Assembly (NCBI GenBank): GCA_030141605.1
Contig: JAQGDQ010000707.1
Location: 45,285 to 109,284 of the forward strand
Origin: Tubiluchus corallicola
Lineage: Eukaryota; Animalia; Priapulida
Direction of reading: 5' to 3'
DNA length: 64,000 nt
The notes beneath the pieces were generated by a model. That model ran no database searches. It was not told the DNA's origin and saw nothing but the letters and a program-made list of their open reading frames with translations. Each line of letters begins with the position of its first letter. Within the stretch, counting starts at the first letter, position 1. The translations under genes and the position numbers were made by a program. Positions 63,422 to 64,000 of the stretch are shown piece by piece.

Positions 63422-64000
63422 TTTCTGGTGCGGTAAGTGCGGTGCATTGAGCATGTACAGCTGATGTAGATAGTTTCTGGTGCGGTAAGTGCGGTGTGTT
63501 GAGCTTGTACAGCTGATGTAGATAGTTTCGGTGCGGTAAGTGCGATGCGTTGAGCATGTACAGCTGATGTAGATAGTTTCTGGTGCGGTAAGTGCGTTGA
63601 GCACATTCAAGTACAGGAAAAATGTTTTGAAATTTCTCACAAGATGGCCCTACTGTCCAACGTTCTTTGGCGCACTATGCCCTATACTCTCATATCTCGG
63701 TTTGAAGCGAAAAGCGGGGAGATGTCATTTGCAGATTGTCCATATTTACCGATACTCAGCTAATACAATAGACGTCGCTGTGTATTAGACACACGGTCCG
63801 AATTTGCAGATTGTCCATATTTACCGATACTCAGCTAATACAATAGACGTCGCTGTGTATTAGACACACGGTCCGAATTTGCAGATTGTCCATATTTACC
63901 GATACTCAGCTAATACAATAGACGTCGCTGTGTATTAGACACACGGTAATGTAGAATCAATTGCCTTATTGTCTTGAAAACATCTAGTAACCACACCTTT
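63419..64000 (+). repeat. Inverted duplication of 59284-59870 (runs off the window)
   Basis: Reverse complement of four donor-repeat units, unique flank and MITE; a few substitutions and small indels. Confidence 0.95.

Overview
AT-rich eukaryotic (invertebrate-type animal) genomic DNA with three spliced genes reconstructed by hand from GT-AG junctions and phase continuity. (1) A complete 10-coding-exon OATP/SLCO4-like organic anion transporter (+, 2554-23300, ~728 aa). (2) A secreted pentraxin-domain protein with an unusual amphipathic C-terminal tail (+, ~28856-42261, ~375 aa). (3) The 3' seven exons (WD40 region) of a DENND3-like gene (-, 62626-47643). Introns are packed with more than 20 local tandem arrays, MITEs, solo-LTR-like elements, LINE relics and a head-to-tail Helitron dimer. 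Four tandem arrays are amplifications of real exon/intron junctions: the donor copies keep GT but are fenced off by stop codons, while the acceptor copies have lost AG. Several other arrays are amplified transposon termini. A degenerate (TTAGGG)n tract is fused to an inverted copy of a DENND3 intron, so an inverted repeat brackets a phase-symmetric 411-nt three-exon block. Coordinates and identities were read by eye; no alignments or database searches were run.
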